Source of the DNA: Octopus bimaculoides
Lineage: Eukaryota
DNA length: 64,000 bases
Reading direction: 5' to 3'
Assembly (NCBI RefSeq): GCF_001194135.2
Contig: NC_068987.1
Coordinates: 96,964,166 to 97,028,165 of the forward strand
Numbering within the stretch: the first letter of the stretch is position 1; every line of letters starts with the position of its first letter. The translations under genes were made by a program, and so were the position numbers. The notes under the pieces are model-generated. The model was not told the DNA's origin and ran no database searches. It saw only the letters and a program-made list of their open reading frames with translations. Below are positions 63,587-64,000 of the stretch, one piece after another.

Positions 63587-64000
63587 ATAGAGACATGCAT
63601 ACATATAGACAGACAGAAAGATAGAAAGGACGAACGAACGAAAAAAAGAAAGGAAGAAAGAAAAAGGAGCGTGTGTGTGGAAGTGAACAGCTGTCGCAGC
63701 TTTTCATGGCAGATAAAAATAAAGATTTCTCATTATTTCCAACAAATAAAAACACACACATCCCTGCATGCTGGAGCATGTATGTATGTATGTATGTATG
63801 TATGTATGTATGTATGTATGTATGTATGTATGTTTGTACGTGTGTATGTATGTATGTATGTATGTATGTATGTGTGCATGTGTGCATGTGTGTCTATACA
63901 AGAATGTATATGTGTATATACGCATACACATACACACGAGGCATATGTCACAGGTCCACCCCATTACGTAATTACTATAATCTGACCCAGTAAAACCTAT

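Overview
Non-coding, AT-rich animal genomic DNA from a gapped draft assembly. There are 16 N-gaps, nearly all bordered by microsatellites. The repeat content resembles a cephalopod (octopus-type) genome; that attribution is from recall and was not searched. No host protein-coding gene, true tRNA gene or CRISPR array is supported, and almost all ORF-track entries are microsatellite or N-gap artefacts. The window is a mosaic of mobile-element debris: (i) several tRNA-derived SINE families, including four young copies with clean target-site duplications (TSDs); (ii) R4/Dong-like restriction-like-endonuclease (RLE) non-LTR retrotransposon fragments lying inside (TAA)n tracts; (iii) a stack of three 3' ends of a second RLE family; (iv) decayed Penelope-like elements (PLEs: RT C-terminus and GIY-YIG); (v) Tc1 and mariner remnants and several MITEs; (vi) a 28S rRNA fragment inside an old SINE. 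The two most notable observations are not in the ORF track. First, there are eight type-I hammerhead-ribozyme-like motifs: one has a fully canonical core and a long stem II, and a three-copy family has an atypical CUGUYGA-type core. Second, an unclassified ~560-bp non-coding element occurs four times, always in (TAA)n tracts and three times beside Dong-like copies. All alignments, translations and pairings were done by eye; SINE and fragment boundaries are approximate unless a TSD or TIR is given.
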